IMG/VR virus record: IMGVR_UViG_3300045972_000807
Coordinates: 96,001-160,000 of that record
Length of the DNA stretch: 64,000 nucleotides
DNA from: a virus
Strand: one strand, 5' to 3'
The position numbers were made by a program, and so were the translations under genes. Shown piece after piece: positions 62,703 through 64,000 of the stretch; within the stretch, counting starts at the first letter, position 1; each line of letters starts with the position of its first letter. The notes under the pieces were generated by a model. The model worked only from the letters and a program-made list of their open reading frames with translations. It was not told the origin of the DNA and ran no database searches.

Positions 62703-63056
62703 ATGACCAAAACTAAAAAGTCTAACCTGACGTTCCATCCCATTCCTATGGACAAGCGTAAGCGGGACAACGATAACGTGTGTCCTGATAGCGTAGAGGT
62801 TGAGGTGGTTCGCTGGAAGAATAGGCCATTCCTGCGAATCGTGGAGAGTGAGGACTTCGACCCTGAAGATCCTCACAAGAGTCCTGAGGTTGAAAGGTTT
62901 TTCATCCAGTCTCTGCAAGAAGGCCACCTGCGTTATTTTCATGGGTACGCCGTTACCTTGCAGGAAGCCAAAGACAAGTGTGAGGTAATAGCTAGGGACT
63001 TTGAGAAGTTCCTTAACGAATGGCATAACGCCAAATCACTACAAAAAGGAAATTAA
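62703..63056 (+). CDS. Hypothetical protein
   Basis: GAGGAG RBS. Confidence 0.7.
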   Translation: MTKTKKSNLTFHPIPMDKRKRDNDNVCPDSVEVEVVRWKNRPFLRIVESEDFDPEDPHKSPEVERFFIQSLQEGHLRYFHGYAVTLQEAKDKCEVIARDFEKFLNEWHNAKSLQKGN

Positions 63057-63058
63057 AG

Positions 63059-63268
63059 ATGCACGCTACAGTTGAATTTCAATTCGAGGAACGTGAGGTT
63101 CCAGTAGCCGCTAAAGCTGGCGGCAGTGTCGTCTTTGGGGGAGGCCAGCACATGCGTACCGTCCGCATACTCCAGCAGCTCTGGGTTAACGACGAGCACG
63201 AACTTTTCAAAACTGAATGGCGCGATGTGCCAGTAGTAAGGAAACAAGATGACAAACAAACTGCATAG
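63059..63268 (+). CDS. Hypothetical phage protein
   Basis: RILQQLW...EWRDVPVV. Confidence 0.7.
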   Translation: MHATVEFQFEEREVPVAAKAGGSVVFGGGQHMRTVRILQQLWVNDEHELFKTEWRDVPVVRKQDDKQTA

Positions 63269-63797
63269 TAAGAAACTGTCTAACGGTCACCTGGCTACTC
63301 TGTTCAGCGTAGCCAACGATACTTACGATACGGCCTTTGCGTCCTACCTCGACTTCCTTGTAAAGTTTGATATTGTGCGGCTAACGGGAATACAACCTAA
63401 TGGAAATCGCAGGTACGCGGTTACCCCAAAGGGTAACGCTCTTATAGAGCAGATTCGCATACGCACCACGGAATACGAAGTACCTGAGCAGCCTAAGAGC
63501 GTTCATGCTCAGGAATGTGTTGTGTGCGGTGCCTGTTACCAGCCTTGCGATTGCTATCCAAAAGAGTCACCCCTACAACCAGAGGCTGGGGCTGGGTACT
63601 CGCGCGACAGCCCTGCCCTCTCGATAGAGTGGCTTATGGCTAAGTACAAGAGGCACGGCGAGCTTGAAGACTTATGGGCCGCTGAGAACATCCGCGATCT
63701 ACTGGCTGACGCAGAGTACGGACGTGGCGTACGAGAGCGAAGAGAAAAAGCACTGGCTAACGGTTTTGGCCGATCACCCTTACGGAGTAAAAAATGA
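63249..63797 (+). CDS. Hypothetical protein, winged-helix-like N-terminus plus CxxC motif
   Basis: RRYAVTPKG wing motif; CVVCG..YQPCDC. Confidence 0.6.
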   Translation: MTNKLHSKKLSNGHLATLFSVANDTYDTAFASYLDFLVKFDIVRLTGIQPNGNRRYAVTPKGNALIEQIRIRTTEYEVPEQPKSVHAQECVVCGACYQPCDCYPKESPLQPEAGAGYSRDSPALSIEWLMAKYKRHGELEDLWAAENIRDLLADAEYGRGVRERREKALANGFGRSPLRSKK

Positions 63798-64000
63798 GTA
63801 ATTCAAGAATGCTATTTGCCGCAGCACGTGGTGCGCGGATTCACGGATGGGATGCATCTTGGGTTAGCCCAACCGATAGCATTTCCAAGATGATGGAAGC
63901 CCCGGACCACTACATCGTCAACCCAGACGACGCGCATTTACAGTATGGGTCGATTAGCAAGGCACTGATCTACATGGTAGTATCTGGCGAGTACTGCGCT
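63794..64000 (+). CDS. Hypothetical protein (3' truncated by the window)
   Basis: GGAG RBS, ATGA overlap; MSNSRMLFAAARGARI... Confidence 0.6.
   Translation, partial: MSNSRMLFAAARGARIHGWDASWVSPTDSISKMMEAPDHYIVNPDDAHLQYGSISKALIYMVVSGEYCA

Overview
This is a 64-kb segment of a large lytic dsDNA myophage (contractile tail; host probably Gram-negative, by inference). There are two minus-strand late blocks. 1-6093 holds tail-fibre, collagen-like and virion proteins. 23406-55843 holds topoisomerase IB, a membrane-fused lytic transglycosylase, fibres/adhesin, baseplate, tape measure, tail chaperone, tube, sheath, major capsid protein and a scaffold-like protein. There are two plus-strand blocks. 6187-23341 holds a flap/5'-3' nuclease, a winged-helix protein, a repeat- and hairpin-rich origin-like spacer, a gpII/X-like Rep, a HAD protein, a Dda-like helicase, an acyl carrier protein and many small ORFs. 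56157-64000 holds small early ORFs and an NAD-dependent DNA ligase. I saw no tRNA, rRNA, CRISPR array, integrase, terminase, portal or DNA polymerase. Best candidates for undescribed biology: (1) a filamentous-phage gpII/X-type rolling-circle initiator homolog directly behind two perfect hairpins and four perfect 19-bp iteron-like repeats, in a large tailed phage; (2) unrelated small proteins around the tube gene that share an N-terminal (I/V)K(A/V)IA(S/E)R-xx-(V/I)xA leader, a candidate capsid-targeting and cleavage signal; (3) a coupled gene pair whose first product ends in a ubiquitin/MoaD-like PVVGG; (4) an unannotated +1 (or -2) frameshift extension of the tail-assembly chaperone; (5) a three-way-junction RNA ahead of a free-standing endonuclease gene. 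All family assignments come from motif recognition by eye, not database searches.
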